A stretch of 63,612 nucleotides of DNA, the filler included, from Phoronis australis (taxonomy: Eukaryota > Animalia > Phoronida), in assembly GCA_002633005.1 (NCBI GenBank). It is 7 parts of 7 records of this genome, joined end to end, with 100 filler letters (N's around TTAATTAATTAA, not from the genome) between each part and the next. Parts side by side here need not be neighbours in the genome. Positions count along the whole stretch, not along the records: positions 30,748 to 39,754 come from NMRA01001375.1; positions 39,855 to 47,438 come from NMRA01002004.1; positions 47,539 to 60,088 come from NMRA01001629.1; 4 more parts are not named here. One strand, 5' to 3'. The first letter of the stretch is position 1; every line of letters begins with the position of its first letter. Below, in pieces: positions 37,281 to 50,611 of this stretch. A program made the position numbers and the translations under genes. The notes beneath the pieces were generated by a model. The model was not told where the DNA came from and did not search any database. It saw only the letters and a list, made by a program, of their open reading frames with translations.

Positions 37281-39235
37281 CTACAACAGAGAGGGAACAT
37301 TCATTTATCATTGAATTCTAGTCCTGCACGTGACCTAAGGATTCTAGCAGAGCTTGTGACCCTGAGAATAGCTGCAAGAATTTGCATACTAAATTTCCGA
37401 CTGTCTGCTTGACTGAGTTCTGATGGACTGTTGTCGTTATGAAATCAAGCCCATTTTTTGATTTTCATTTTGTCACATTTGTTTAAGAGAGACTCTTAAT
37501 TCAGGCATGGTTCCATAAAACCAACAATATCTCGACAAAATTAGTCAACAAACCTGACAATTACACAAGTTGTTCTTTATACACACAGACCAGTGGTTCT
37601 GGCAGGATGCCAGTAATAATCTTGTCACTGCTATTTTTTCAGCTCCAGTCTTAGAAACACTTTCGACAACCTATCAAACCACATGCTAGGAGTTTTTCAA
37701 CAAGACATTTCTGGGTGTTAAAATCATGTTACAGTATTTTAAGGAAAGAAGTGACACCTGGTTTCTAAATGTCAGTCTTCAAAATTATGAATGAAATCAA
37801 ACAGTTTGGTGGGTGGAGAATGTGATGTCGAAAACGTACCACTCAGGAATTTTTAAAATGGCTACCGAGTGGTGCAGAACACGGCAAATCTGCCTGAACA
37901 CTGAGAACACATTGAGTGATCACTGTCTCCTTAATAGTCGCTGTTGTCGGTTGACAATTCCATTTATATCAAATACAGCCAAAAAAGATCCTGCAGAGGG
38001 TTTGGGAGATACAGCCATAGACACAAAAAGGCCACCATGAGGTGCCACAGTAGTCAGTCATCCAAAACTCATCAACCGTTCTCCCCACAGTAGTAACATA
38101 AACCCCAATTTTCGAAATCATCCTTACAGTGATGTGGCTGATAGAGGGGTGGATGCCAAAAATGGACTACTGGAAAACGGTAAAAACAGCCAATACATGA
38201 CGAATCCAAAAAGAACAACATGTCATTGTTTCTAATTAATAGAAAGCTATTTACCATCATGATAGTCCATAAAAATCCATGAAGGAACTTCAAAGAAACA
38301 AAGGAAAACTGAAAAAGCAAAATTGCCACAAGGGAGCACAGGACTGGAGTAGTTGGACCGCTCTGAAACTGGCCGCCATCTGTTGCCATCTCCATAGCAA
38401 CACGTCAGCACAGTAGTCAGTCTCATCTGAAAATCATTGTCAACCGTCCTCCACATAGCAGACACTTTGGTGCCAAAAATAAATTGTGCTTATATTTATA
38501 GCGCCTGTCTGGGATTCCAGCAAACATGTAAGATTACATTGCATTGCGTGCTCTGCTGTAACAAGACCAAGTTTCGGTAAAAGTACCCAAGTCTAAACCA
38601 AGAGCAACACTAGCGTTGAAATGCACCCACGAATGCACCACAAATGGTGTGCTTCTAGGAGTGTTTATTTGTGTTATAAAAATGGCCAGTAGAAGGCACA
38701 AAGTATGTTGAACCCATCCAAAAACTGGTATACGTCATCAAAGATATTTTGCAAATTTCATAAAAATCTGTCAAGGATTGTCTGAGAAACTGAGGAAAAA
38801 CTGAAATTGCACTAGGACGCTATGGGTGCAAAAAACATAACTGCCACATGGAGGCACCACAGTAGTTGAAGTCATCGGAAAATCATCGTCAACTGCCCTC
38901 CTCACACTAAGAGCATATATACGCCAATTTTCATAATCTTCCTTAGAATAGGAGTGGTTTGGTTGATAGAGGGCGCTTGCAAATACAGACCAAAAAGCAG
39001 AAAAAATGGCCACTAGTTGGCACAAAATATGTCGAACCCATCCGTAAACAGGAACATGTCATAGTTTCAGTAGAAAAGTATTTACCAAGAGTCATAAAAA
39101 TCCGATGAAAAGCTTCTGAGAAACAGAGGAAAACAGAAAAAAATGATATTGCCACTAGGGGACACAGTGTCTGTCGGATCCATCTGAAGGTTGTTGTTGT
39201 TCGTTTTCAACTTCATATCAATAGACTTGCTAGAT

Positions 39236-39754
39236 ATGACTAACCATGCCATTTTAAAGTAGTCAGTCACCCTGGTGACTAACCATGCCATCTTGAAGTA
39301 GTCAGTCACCCTGGTGACTAACCATGCCATCTTGAAGTAGTCAGTCACCCTGGTGACTAACCATGCCATCTTGAAGTAGTCAGTCACCCTGGTGACTAAT
39401 CATCCCATCTTGAAGTAGTCAGTCACCCTGGTGACTAATCATCCCATCTTGAAGTAGTCAGTCACCCTGGTGACTAATCATCCCATCTTGAAGTAGTCAG
39501 TCACCCTGGTGACTAATCATCCCATCTTGAAGTAGTCAGTCACCCTGGTGACTAATCATCCCATCTTGAAGTAGTCAGTCACCCTGGTGACTAATCATCC
39601 CATCTTGAAGTAGTCAGTCACCCTGGTGACTAATCATCCCATCTTGAAGTAGTCAGTCACCCTGGTGACTAATCATCCCATCTTGAAGTAGTCAGTCACC
39701 CTGGTGACTAATCATCCCATCTTGAAGTAGTCAGTCACCCTGGTGACTAATCAT
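39236..39754. repeat. 39-bp minisatellite (~13 copies, cut by a contig spacer)
   Basis: GTGACTAATCATCCCATCTTGAAGTAGTCAGTCACCCTG units, with an AGTCACC-CT-GGTGACT palindrome at each junction. Confidence 0.95.
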
Positions 39755-41541
39755 NNNNNNNNNNNNNNNNNNNNNNNNNNNNNNNNNNNNNNNNNNNNTT
39801 AATTAATTAANNNNNNNNNNNNNNNNNNNNNNNNNNNNNNNNNNNNNNNNNNNNTTGGTTTCGTGAAACTGTTTTCAGATGATTTGTTTCCTGACACATT
39901 TGACGTTTTTCAATTGCTGTCAACGTGATTCAGCTTAATAAAGTGATACTTAATTGTTTATTGTCGCTTTTAATAATGGACTATGATATGAGCTAAGAGC
40001 ACCATCGTTCGCCAGTTTTTCTTGTAACGAGACAGAACACATGTTTATTTCCGGACAAACAGTACAAGTCTTCGTTCTTAAACAACTCGAGGCTGCTGTT
40101 GCGCGATCATCTGATATTCATTTTTTTACGCCGCGTCGGTGCTCCTTATGCTCTTGAATATTTGGTAGTTGTCTAAACCTTACACACACACCACCACTTT
40201 TTCATATACGGCTTTTCGTATGCTAAACAGGTGTGCATAAGCAGATGTTCCAACAAAAATTTTTTGCTGCTGGCGTGACTCATACCCAGATGTGCACAAA
40301 TATGGTTTCACGAAACTTATGAGCCACGTTCATGTGACGAAATCCACAAGGGTTTTGAATTATCTTAAGGAAAACTCAAGAGACATGTTAAGTGCCAGAA
40401 ACTTAGCAGGATGCATTGAAATTTCAATATTTGGCTACAAAAACAAAAAAAATGCCATACACGGAAGGGGAAAACCCCCCTCCCGACATCCCCCCTCTCG
40501 GCGCCACGCGCCTCGGATTCGACCTTTGCGGGAAACCTAAGCCCCCCCTTTACTGAAAACGTAGATCCGCCACTGAGTAACGAAAATTGACCAAATGTAC
40601 AAGAAGGAATTCCTCCCTATTCTTTGGAGTGACAGGAAGTGCTATTGATGAAGTTAAATAGAGTGTTTCAGAAAATTGGGGTCTCAAAACTGAAACTTAA
40701 ATTTTTGTGATATTGCATTGTTGATATTAGATCATATATTTTAGGTGATATCTCTGAACTAAAAGAGTAGCCTCTTTTTCTCTTGTCAGTTAGAGTTATG
40801 CCACATCACAAAAATGCCCAAATTCGAGGGCCACTTTTAGCACTAAATATATAAGAGATAAGCTTTTTTAAAAGCAATTATCAAAGATCAGTCTTAGAAG
40901 TGTCTACACAGCGAATTTCAACTTCAAATATATTCCGATATAGCAGGCAGGTTAAGCAACATCTTGCCACTTGTGACTGGCCTGAAAAGTGGTCTCGGAG
41001 TTTTCTCCCCTGCTGGAAATTTAAACGTACCTAAGAGTTTCAAATTTCATTTTCTTACTAACCTTACATGAGTCTTTATGACCATCAATGTCAAACTTTG
41101 TCACCAGTTTTCCAAGTTTGATATTTTGCCGTTCCAAAAGAGCAGTTTTACTGACATGAAAAAAATGCAAAATATGCCTTTATAGCCAAATAGGTCATAT
41201 CTGTAAATATTGCAGCAGTGTACTTTGGGCCGGCATCCCAACACATGCACAAAATATTAGTTCTGTATGAATTTTTGAGAAAATAGTGATTTTTCATTTT
41301 CAAATGGTTTTTATATGGAATCAATCTTAACTTTTTTCAGATCGTATGAGTCGGTGCATGTCATCAGGAGAGTCAATGATCGTTTTGACTTCTTTTCACC
41401 GCGCAGAAGATTTGTTCCGTCTACAATCAAGTTTTTCACACTTCGTCGTCTCGTTTGATTGCCTGAGGGAGCTTGAAGTATAGTCTTGTAAGATCATTAT
41501 TTATGAGCACATACATTTCTGTAGTTGGGTTTTGTCTTGAG

Positions 41542-41699
41542 CAGGAGCGGTTCCAGGATTTTGAGTTGGAGGGAGCAGGGCGGAGTATTACCCAGGATTT
41601 TACCCATCAGACATTCGCACCCCCGAACTGCCAAATGTAATCTGGGAAAACTTTAGGGGGCGGCCATGGTCTCTTGGCAACCCTCTAAATCCGCCATTG
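41542..41699. mobile_element. MITE family B (uninterrupted version of 58620-58929)
   Basis: CCAGGATTTTGAGTTGG..ATTCGCACCCC..TCCGCCA matches the reverse complement of 58620-58929 once the nested insert is removed. Confidence 0.65.
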
Positions 41700-41764
41700 T
41701 TGAGGTCCTTTTTCTTAATTATTTCTGATCATTTGTATCACGTCTCAATAACTTAACGATAATG

Positions 41765-41905
41765 AAGAATGAATAGAACATTTGTTCTATGTCGGCCGAG
41801 ATGGTGTATTGCTCTCTACACATTCTGATTAGAATTCCAAGTAAACTATTGGTCACTGTTAAGGCCTGGCACTGAGCTCCATTCAGCGATACGTTCCGGT
41901 ATTCC
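41765..41905 (-). mobile_element. BEL/Pao RT fragment
   Basis: VSLN..TNSLLGILIRMCREQYTISADIEQMFYSF resembles the BEL motif SLN..GP.L.N.L.G.L.RFR...ADIEQMF. Confidence 0.75.
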
Positions 41906-42188
41906 GGAGCTCTCTCGCTGATATAGCCGAGTGAGGTAAAAAAAATTTCTTCTAGAGTCCCTTGTAACCCTATTGTACCAACCACGCGCGTTCAAAGCCG
42001 ACGGGTAACATTAAGCCTACTCGAATCGTCTGCACGATTCTGTCATTTACGCGAACTCCATTCTGGCGAAGTTGAGTGCGTACGGCCCGATCAGATTACC
42101 AGTACGTGAAGCCCTTCAAGCAAATTCAAAATTATTATTACTGAGACTTAGTTATCATTGTGGTTACTAGTGCCAGTAGCTGCAAAAA

Positions 42189-42510
42189 TGTTGTTGTTGT
42201 TGTCCATCTATAGCTTATCTTTAACGGATAGGTTGGGACTGGACCTTTTCGTCCGGGCCAACGTTATGTTGCTGTTAGCAGTGTGTTCCTAACAATTCTT
42301 TTTTGCTGAAGACTGAGTAGACCGTCAGCTCAGGGCACTTAGCATTGAACGAGATACCAACGTTTGACCACCCAGGCCCTTAAAGTGCACACCAGTACTA
42401 CAGAAATGAGTGTCTGCCGGAGTCTTCACTTTGGACCGATGTGGCCCCTGGGACACCATCCGAAGGGGGCATGACTGAGCTCGGTTAGATACTCGAGGTA
42501 CTGGCTAAAA
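42189..42510 (-). repeat. Probable SINE with an (AAC)n tail
   Basis: (GTT)n at ~42190 reads as an AAC tail on the minus strand; CCATCCGAAGG resembles a conserved SINE core motif. Confidence 0.35.
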
Positions 42511-43859
42511 CTGATTTGTAATGAACAATCGTGCCACACTATGTTTGTTAATCACTTGCTTCCTTCATCACTTTCAATAACTACATAATTGTCTTTGTGG
42601 TTCAATGTCAAGTAAGAAAGATGTGTATTGCTAATTGCAGTTCAGATTTAATGGTTTTAANNNNNNNNNNNNNNNNNNNNNNNNNNNNNNNNNNNNNNNN
42701 NNNNNNNNNNNNNNNNNNNNNNNNNNNNNNNNNNNNNNNNNNNNNNNNNNNNNNNNNNNNNNNNNNNNNNNNNNNNNNNNNNNNNNNNNNNNNNNNNNNN
42801 NNNNNNNNNNNNNNNNNNNNNNNNNNNNNNNNNNNNNNNNNNNNNNNNNNNNNNNNNNNNNNNNNNNNNNNNNNNNNNNNNNNNNNNNNNNNNNNNNNNN
42901 NNNNNNNNNNNNNNNNNNNNNNNNNNNNNNNNNNNNNNNNNNNNNNNNNNNNNNNNNNNNNNNNNNNNNNNNNNNNNNNNNNNNNNNNNNNNNNNNNNNN
43001 NNNNNNNNNNNNNNNNNNNNNNNNNNNNNNNNNNNNNNNNNNNNNNNNNNNNNNNNNNNNNNNNNNNNNNNNNNNNNNNNNNNNNNNNNNNNNNNNNNNN
43101 NNNNNNNNNNNNNNNNNNNNNNNNNNNNNNNNNNNNNNNNNNNNNNNNNNNNNNNNNNNNNNNNNNNNNNNNNNNNNNNNNNNNNNNNNNNNNNNNNNNN
43201 NNNNNNNNNNNNNNNNNNCCCCCTCCCGACATTGCCTGCGCTAGGTGCTACGCGCCTCAGATTGCGCGAATCCTAACCCCCCTTCACTAAAAACGTAGAT
43301 CTGCCACTGCTGTGTTGATGTACACGTGTTATGTATGCTACACTTGCCACAAAACAAGATCACCATTTTAAATGCAACTCTTATTTTGATAGCTACATCT
43401 TGGCTCAGAAGATACCAGCACAAAGCTATTTCGTTCTAAATGATATCGCAAACTTCAAATTGGAATAAATTGTGTTAGCGTAGACATTTTCGATATGTTG
43501 ACAGAAAGAAAATTGGATAGGTGTGGTATCTTATCTCCTTCAGTATTACGGCAGACGTTCGCTTAGTGATGGATATAGAACTTCTGCTGCCCGGCGGGTC
43601 AGACGATAACGTTGTTCCCCAACCCCCCTCTACCCGACACCCAGCATCACGCCAGCTTGGATGCCATCTCTAAGCTGTAGCTATGTGAACACTGCTTCCG
43701 TACCCATCCAATTCCATCAGGGCACAATGGTCACAAATAGACTAGAGTTGTCAAACGTGATCCTAAAAAAATGATAGACACACAGAAATCTTTGGTTTTA
43801 CTTGCTAACCTTAGCACAGTGAGTTATGCAAAATTCACAGTTATCATGAGCAAAAACAA

Positions 43860-45465
43860 ATTTCATGTTCTTGGGGATTAATTTCCAAGTCAGCTTACAC
43901 GATATGGCAGATCAGAATTATTTGGCGAATTTGAAAGAGATTGAATTAATTTTGAAAAATTGGTCTAAAAGAATTTTGACGCCTTTCGAGAGGATTACAG
44001 TAATCAAAGCGCTAGCGGTTTCAAAAATTGTACATCTTCTGGAATCCTTGCCACAACCTTTGAAATATATTTTAGAAAAACTGAACTCAATGTTTTTTAA
44101 ATACCCCTGGCAAGGTCGCAATGACAAAATTAAGCACTCCCGAGCTGTTTGTAATTACAATGAAGGAGGTATAAGAATGATCAACATATTTTCATTGTGT
44201 AAGGCTTTAAAGATTAACATGTTAACAAAATTTTTAAACGGTCAGTCTAAGACTGCCGGTTTCTTTCATCGATTTTTCCTGAATTTAGAAATTTCGCTAA
44301 GTACGGAGTTGACTTTCTCAAGATAAAGTTGCCTAATACTGACAATCACTTCTGGAAAGATTTTTTTGAATGTGTAATCTCCTTTGGAAATTGTTTGAAG
44401 ATAAAAAATCAGATAGATTTTCTTAACCAACCTTAATGGTTTAGCAGTGATCTGCAGGCAGGAGGAAAATGTATTGTCTACAGGAACTGGTGCAATAGAG
44501 GCATAGTCTTTATAAAGGACTTGTTTTTCCCAGACGGTAATATTTTGAACTATGGAGTATAGTAGTCTAATTTCAGTGATATCTAAGTACCAACAGAAAT
44601 GTGGTATTGATAGAGTTGTTAGTTTTGATGCGTATTGTCCTGTTATGCCAACGATTCTAATGAAACTGAAAAATGGCGGGAGAGGGTGTCAACATATCTG
44701 TACACAATCAAATTATAGTTCCGAAGTCTCAAAAGCCGAGTCAAAATGGGTCAACGAACTGAACGTAAACACAACTAATTTTTCATGGGAAGATGTTTAT
44801 TCCCTTCTATACAACACAACAAGAGACCCAAGAATTAGGTGGCTTCAGATCAGACTCTTGACGAGAATTTTGACTACTAACTCATTTTAAAAAATAATTC
44901 AACTTATAGATGACGACTCTTGTTCCTTTTGTGGACAATCGAAAGGGACTTTGAAACACTTATTTTGGGAATGTGAAACAGTAAATTCATTTTGGACAAG
45001 AGTAATAACGAAACTCTAAACAAAGCAAATCCCCAGTGTGTCGACACTCTCTCCTGCAACAACGTTATTTTTGGGTTTTTTGATAAAAAAGAAAATTTTA
45101 TTATTGGGTAAACAGTTTATTTATATCCAAAAGTTTGGATCAAAAAGATTACTTCTAAGTAGATTTTTTAACTTCATCAAAGAATATTTTACGAGTGAAA
45201 AGTATAATGCTCGTAAGGATTTGCATTTAGAATTTATACAAAAAAGATGGTCAACTTTGAAACGGTTTTTCTTAGCAGTCAAGAGGAGAAGTTATGGGTA
45301 TGCGTGTGTGTGTGTGTGTGTGTGCGTGTGCGTGTGCGTTTCTGTGGTGTTCTTTGTCTTTTTGTGATATTGTAATGTCAAATAGATGTTAAAATGTAAA
45401 ATCACAATTAACAACACCTTCTCATTTGAAATGAGCTTTTCTCAAATAAATGAGCTTCGAAAAAA
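43860..45465 (+). mobile_element. 5'-truncated L1/Tx1-clade LINE (ORF2 C-terminal half, 3' UTR, poly(A))
   Basis: FLGI..WSKRILTPFERITVIKALAVSKIVHL, EGGIRMINI, RWLQIRLLTRILTTN and CSFC..HLFWEC, with stops and frameshifts; (TG)n at 45304-45338, AATAAA at ~45446, then an A tail. Confidence 0.9.
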
Positions 45466-45522
45466 GGACTTAAATTGAATACTTAATAAGGTATTTCCCA
45501 GACAATGCCACACTCATTAATC

Positions 45523-45745
45523 GGTCTATCCTATATATATAGGGTATACCACTAGCGTCGTTCGCTCGAGTGGTATATCCTATATATATATAGGATAGAC
45601 CACTCAAGCGAATGACGTCAGTGGTATACCCTATATATATATATAGGATTGACCACTCAAACGAATGACGCTAGTGGTATACCCTATATATATATATATA
45701 GGATATACCACTGACGTCATTCGTTTGAGTGGTCTATCCTATACC
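45523..45745. repeat. Four 39-bp hairpin units separated by (TA)n
   Basis: Units at 45542-45580, 45593-45631, 45646-45684 and 45701-45739, orientations +,-,-,+. Confidence 0.85.
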
Positions 45746-47988
45746 CAGGATATACCAGGAAGCCTGGCAGCAGTGAGATTCACGTCTTCATGTGAAGCAG
45801 TTACTGTGCAAGACACTTCATAACGAAAATTTATTTCGAACACGTTGTGTGCATTTCATTACAGGTCCCAAAAAATCTCACGAATCCCAATAAAATAACA
45901 CATTTCAAGAGATTCTGCTTGCTCTAACTGCACTCAGACCATGATCCACTTGTCAACAGTGTGTCACAGAAATATATTGGTTACTTATTGTTGAACATTT
46001 TATATTATATGATTAGTGTCTTTTCAGACACTGATTGCGTCATTGACAGTGCCCACTGAAGCAATGGCAAATGTCTACCATATACCTATATAGGTGTAAA
46101 ACTTAAACGTTGGTGAATATTGTTTTCATGAAAAACGGAAAATAATTGTTCATGATATTTATTATGTAACACATTATTCACAAAGCTTATCAAACAAGTG
46201 AAAACCAACAGGAAAACAACATTTAGTAATTACTGAATGGGGTCAGTTCAATGGTTTTACTAAGCCTTGAAATAAACATGAGAAAACAAGTTCATTGTTC
46301 CCTTTTGCCAGAGCGGCGCCTCAGTTACTGAACTTAGACATTTTTAATCGCACAATTTGGCTGTTTTCTCACAGATGTTTTACCCAGGAATTGAGCAATT
46401 TATGCAAACCATTGGTGTTACATCCACACTATTTAACAGATTTGAGTGATTCAACTTCAAAATGTTGGTCTAGAAAAACTGTACCAATCCAAAGAAACCA
46501 TGTTATTTACGGCATGTAAACTTTTGCCAAAGCGGTGCATCACCTTATACCAAAAAGTAAAAAACAAGCCAACTACAGACCAACCTCAACTTGAAAATCA
46601 AGATGTTCAGATTAACAAATTTGTTCACTATACTGACGTTTTTACTTAGACATTTAGAATTCCATGCATACAGGTTCTACTTCAGAAGTTCATGCCATCA
46701 CCGATACAATGAATGGAATATGTTCCAAATTCAAGTATCCAAGGCAAAATAATTTAAAATTAATACTTTTAATGAGGCCGTTTACTTCCTTAATAACTTT
46801 GATCAAGATTTCAAGTTTTGTTGATATTATTACAAAAACATTAAACAAAATATAGTTGCAAATATATGTATATCAGTAAATTTACACAACCTTTACGATG
46901 TTAATCTTAAATCTTGGAACATCACAACTTCGTGACGAAATATCTAGGCCACAGTATTAGAGGTGATCTTAGTTGTCAGGATCATACTTATATAGAAATC
47001 ATTATAAAGATTGTCACAAATAGTTAGCAATTTTTACAATCAAATAATGCTTATTATTGGTTAACAAAATTGTAAACACCTTTTCCAAACACAAATGTAA
47101 AATGTAAGAAAAGGCAAAATAGTGAATAACGGTGACACAAGTCAGTATTCAAAATGATCTATCATAATCAATTTTACAAAAGGTGTATTCGTGTATACAC
47201 GTCATAAATGTCTGTCCCAAATCATGGCTTTTTGCACAGTTGGAAAGAAGTTTTTCTACAAATCGATAATTTGCGTTCAAAATGAAACTTATCAGAGAAA
47301 AATGGAAACCACAATTATAGGCCATTTTGGCAGTGTCACGCCATATTAGGCATGTCTCTTTATAAGTTTTTGTGTGACCTCACTCATTAGTGTAATATGC
47401 ATACCAGTTTGTGAAACTTTTTCCATGCCACAACAAAANNNNNNNNNNNNNNNNNNNNNNNNNNNNNNNNNNNNNNNNNNNNTTAATTAATTAANNNNNN
47501 NNNNNNNNNNNNNNNNNNNNNNNNNNNNNNNNNNNNNNAATGACAAGACACTTAACAGACATGAATTAAGAATGACAAGACACTCAACAAACATGTACTA
47601 AGAATGACAAGACACTTAAAAGACATGAATTAAGAATGACAAGACACTCAACAAACATGAATTAAGATTGTGGTGTTATTGGTAAAATGACATTATGAGC
47701 AAAACATTGCATAATCATGCCATCATTTCATCGGTAGATTTTTAAATTAATGTTTTTTCAATAAATTGTGTATTGATAGCAAATTGTGAATGTAAAGAAC
47801 GAATTTAACACCACTGTTTAAGTCAAATTTTCTAAAATTGTATATTGTGATATGTACACTTGATAGATTGACACAAATGATTTTGATAGCACCAATTAAT
47901 GCAATTTTGTAAGTGTCTTCATGAATAGGAAGAACAAAAATACAACTTAATGTTAGAAGCAATACATAAAAGAAGCCATATTTATTAC

Positions 47989-48042
47989 CAGCAGAGGATG
48001 AGCCTGCACCAACACTCGAACCAGCAGCTGACGAAGACAAAG
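47989..48042 (-). CDS. Repeat microexon 12 (ALSSSAAGSSVGAGSSSA)
   Basis: 54 nt, TTTGTAG acceptor, G|GTAATA donor, phase 1-1. Confidence 0.85.
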
Positions 48043-48700
48043 CTACAAACAGTCAAACAGGACAAGACTGACAAGGCACTCAACAAACATGTATTAAGAA
48101 TGAAAAGACACTCGACAGATACGAATTAAGTATGACAAGACACTCAACAAACATGAATGAAGACTTTGATGTTATTAGTAAAAGGACATTAGGAGCAAAG
48201 CACTGCATAACCATGCGGTCATTTCATCAGTAGATAGAAGTCAACCAATAATGGTATCGGGCCTGTGCCGCGTTTGAGCGCATTAGAAATAATTGGGAAA
48301 GCTTGATTCCAACTGGATCCTTAAAATAATTGGAACGTAATGAATGGCCGCAAATTGATATATAGTGCCAATTCGCCAACGTTTCAACATCACAGTTCAC
48401 AGAAGTTGGATCCTTTTAATTGTAATTTTAAAATCAAATTCCCTTCGCATATCCAGAACCAGGTCTTTAATAAATTTTTGAATAAATTAATGACAAATTG
48501 TGAATGTAAATAACAAACTCGACAACATAATGCCTATCGGATTTTCTAAAAATGCATATTGTGAAATGTACAATTGATAGCTTGACACAAATAATTTTAG
48601 TAGCACCAATTAATGCAATTTTGTAAGCGTTTACATCATTAGAAACAAAAAATGCCACTCAGTATTAAAAGCAATACATAAAAGAAGCCATTTTTATTAC

Positions 48701-48754
48701 CAGCAGAGGATGAGCCTGCACCAACACTCGAACCAGCAGCGGACGAAGACAAAG
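48701..48754 (-). CDS. Repeat microexon 11 (ALSSSAAGSSVGAGSSSA)
   Basis: 54 nt, AG/GT intact, phase 1-1. Confidence 0.85.
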
Positions 48755-49407
48755 CTACAAACAGTCAAACAGGACAAGACTGACAAGGCACCCACAAAAC
48801 AGGAATTTAGACTGACAAGTCACTCACCAAACATGTATTAAGACCGACAAGACACTCAACAAACAAGAATTAAGACTTTGATGTTATTAGTAAAAGGACT
48901 TTGTGAGCAAAACACTGCATAGTCATGGCGTCATTTCATCAGTAGATGTAAGTCGACCAATGATAGGATTGGACAAGTGCAGCGTTTGAGTGCATTAGAA
49001 ATAATTGGGACTCCTTGTTTCCAACTGGATCCTTGAAATAATTGGTACTAATGGATGGCCGCAAATTGGGATACAGTGCTAATTTGCCAAACTTTTATCT
49101 TCACAGTTTGCAGAAGTTGTATCCCTTTAATTGTAATTTTAAAATCAAAGTCCCTTTGCATATCCAGAATCAGGACATTGATAAAGTTTTCAATTAATTT
49201 GTAAATTACTGACAAATTTTGAATGTAAATAACGAAATGGACACAATATGTCTCTCGGTTTTCTAAAAATCCATATTTTTAAATATACACTTGATATCTT
49301 GACTCAAATAATTTTAGTAGCAACTTTGTATGCGTTTACATGAATGGAAAGAACAAAAATGCCACTCGGTGTTAAAAGCAATACATAAAAGAAGCCATTT
49401 TTATTAC

Positions 49408-49461
49408 CAGCAGAGGATGAGCCCGCACCAACACTCGAACCAGCAGCGGACGAAGACGAAG
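49408..49461 (-). CDS. Repeat microexon 10 (ASSSSAAGSSVGAGSSSA)
   Basis: 54 nt, AG/GT intact, phase 1-1. Confidence 0.85.
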
Positions 49462-49904
49462 CTACAAACAGTCAAACACCACAAGACTGACAAGACACTC
49501 AACAAACATGAATTAAGACTGACAAGGCACTCGACAAACATGTATTAAGAATGACAAGACACTTAACAAACATGAATTAAAATTTTGGTGTTTTTGGTAA
49601 AATGACATCACGAGAAAAACATTGCATAATCATGCCGTCATTTCATCAGTAAATTTTTGAATTAATAATTTTTCAATAAATTTGTATATTGATAGAAAAT
49701 GGTGAATGTAAAGAACGAATTTGATAACATTACGTCAGTCGGATTTTCTAAAATTGCATATTGTGAAATGTATAATTGATACAATGACACGAATGATTTT
49801 GATAGCACCAATTAATGCAATTTTTTTAGAATTTTCATTAATAAAAAGAACGAAAGTACCACTCCGTGTTAAAAGCAATACACACAAGAAGCCATTTTTA
49901 TTAC

Positions 49905-49958
49905 CAGCAGACGATGAGCCCGCACCAACACTCGAAGAAGCAGCTGACGACGACAAAG
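49905..49958 (-). CDS. Repeat microexon 9 (ALSSSAASSSVGAGSSSA)
   Basis: 54 nt, AG/GT intact, phase 1-1. Confidence 0.85.
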
Positions 49959-50557
49959 CTACAAACAGTCAAGCAGGACAAGACTGACAAGGCACTCAAC
50001 AAACATGGATTAAGACTTTAATTTGATGTTATTAGTTGAAAGTTATTACGAACAAAACACTGCATAACCTTTGGGTCATTTAATCAGTAGATGTAAGTCA
50101 ACCAATAACTGTATAGGACATGTGCAGCGCATTAGAAATAATTGGGAAAGCTTGTTTCCAACTGGATCCTTAAAATATTTGAAACCGAATGCATGGCCGC
50201 AAATTGAGATATATTGCCAATTTCCCAATCTTTCAACACCACAGTTCACAGAAGTTGGATCTTTTCATTTGTAATTTTAAAATCAATTTCTCTTTGCATA
50301 TCCAGAAACAGGCCATTAACAAATTTCTTAACAAATTTGTAAATTAATGACAAATTGTGAATCTAAATAACGAACTCGACACCACTTTGTCTCATGAATT
50401 TTCTAAAAATGCATATTGTGAAATGTACAATTGATAGCTTGACACAAATAATTTTAGTAGCACCAATTAATGCAATTTTGTAAGCGTTTACATCATTAGA
50501 AACAAAAAATGCCTCTCAGCGTTAAAAGCAATACATAAAAGAAGCCATATTTATTAC

Positions 50558-50611
50558 CAGCAGATGATGAGCCCGCACCAACACTTGAACCAGCAGCTGA
50601 CGAAGACAAAG
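50558..50611 (-). CDS. Repeat microexon 8 (ALSSSAAGSSVGAGSSSA)
   Basis: 54 nt, AG/GT intact, phase 1-1. Confidence 0.85.

Noticed and set aside
33514-39754. CRISPR-like arrays
   Set aside because: Head-to-tail units without unique spacers, no cas genes, eukaryotic context.
6869-43276. Long ORFs made mostly of X (near 6.9-8.2, 13.2-14.0, 25.4-26.1, 33.7-34.6 and 42.6-43.3 kb)
   Set aside because: Read-through of N gaps; only the CR1 flanks of the 13.3-kb gap are real coding remnants.
45900-47438. 3' UTR of the microexon gene
   Set aside because: UTR-like composition, but separated from the gene by an artificial spacer, and no terminal coding exon is visible.
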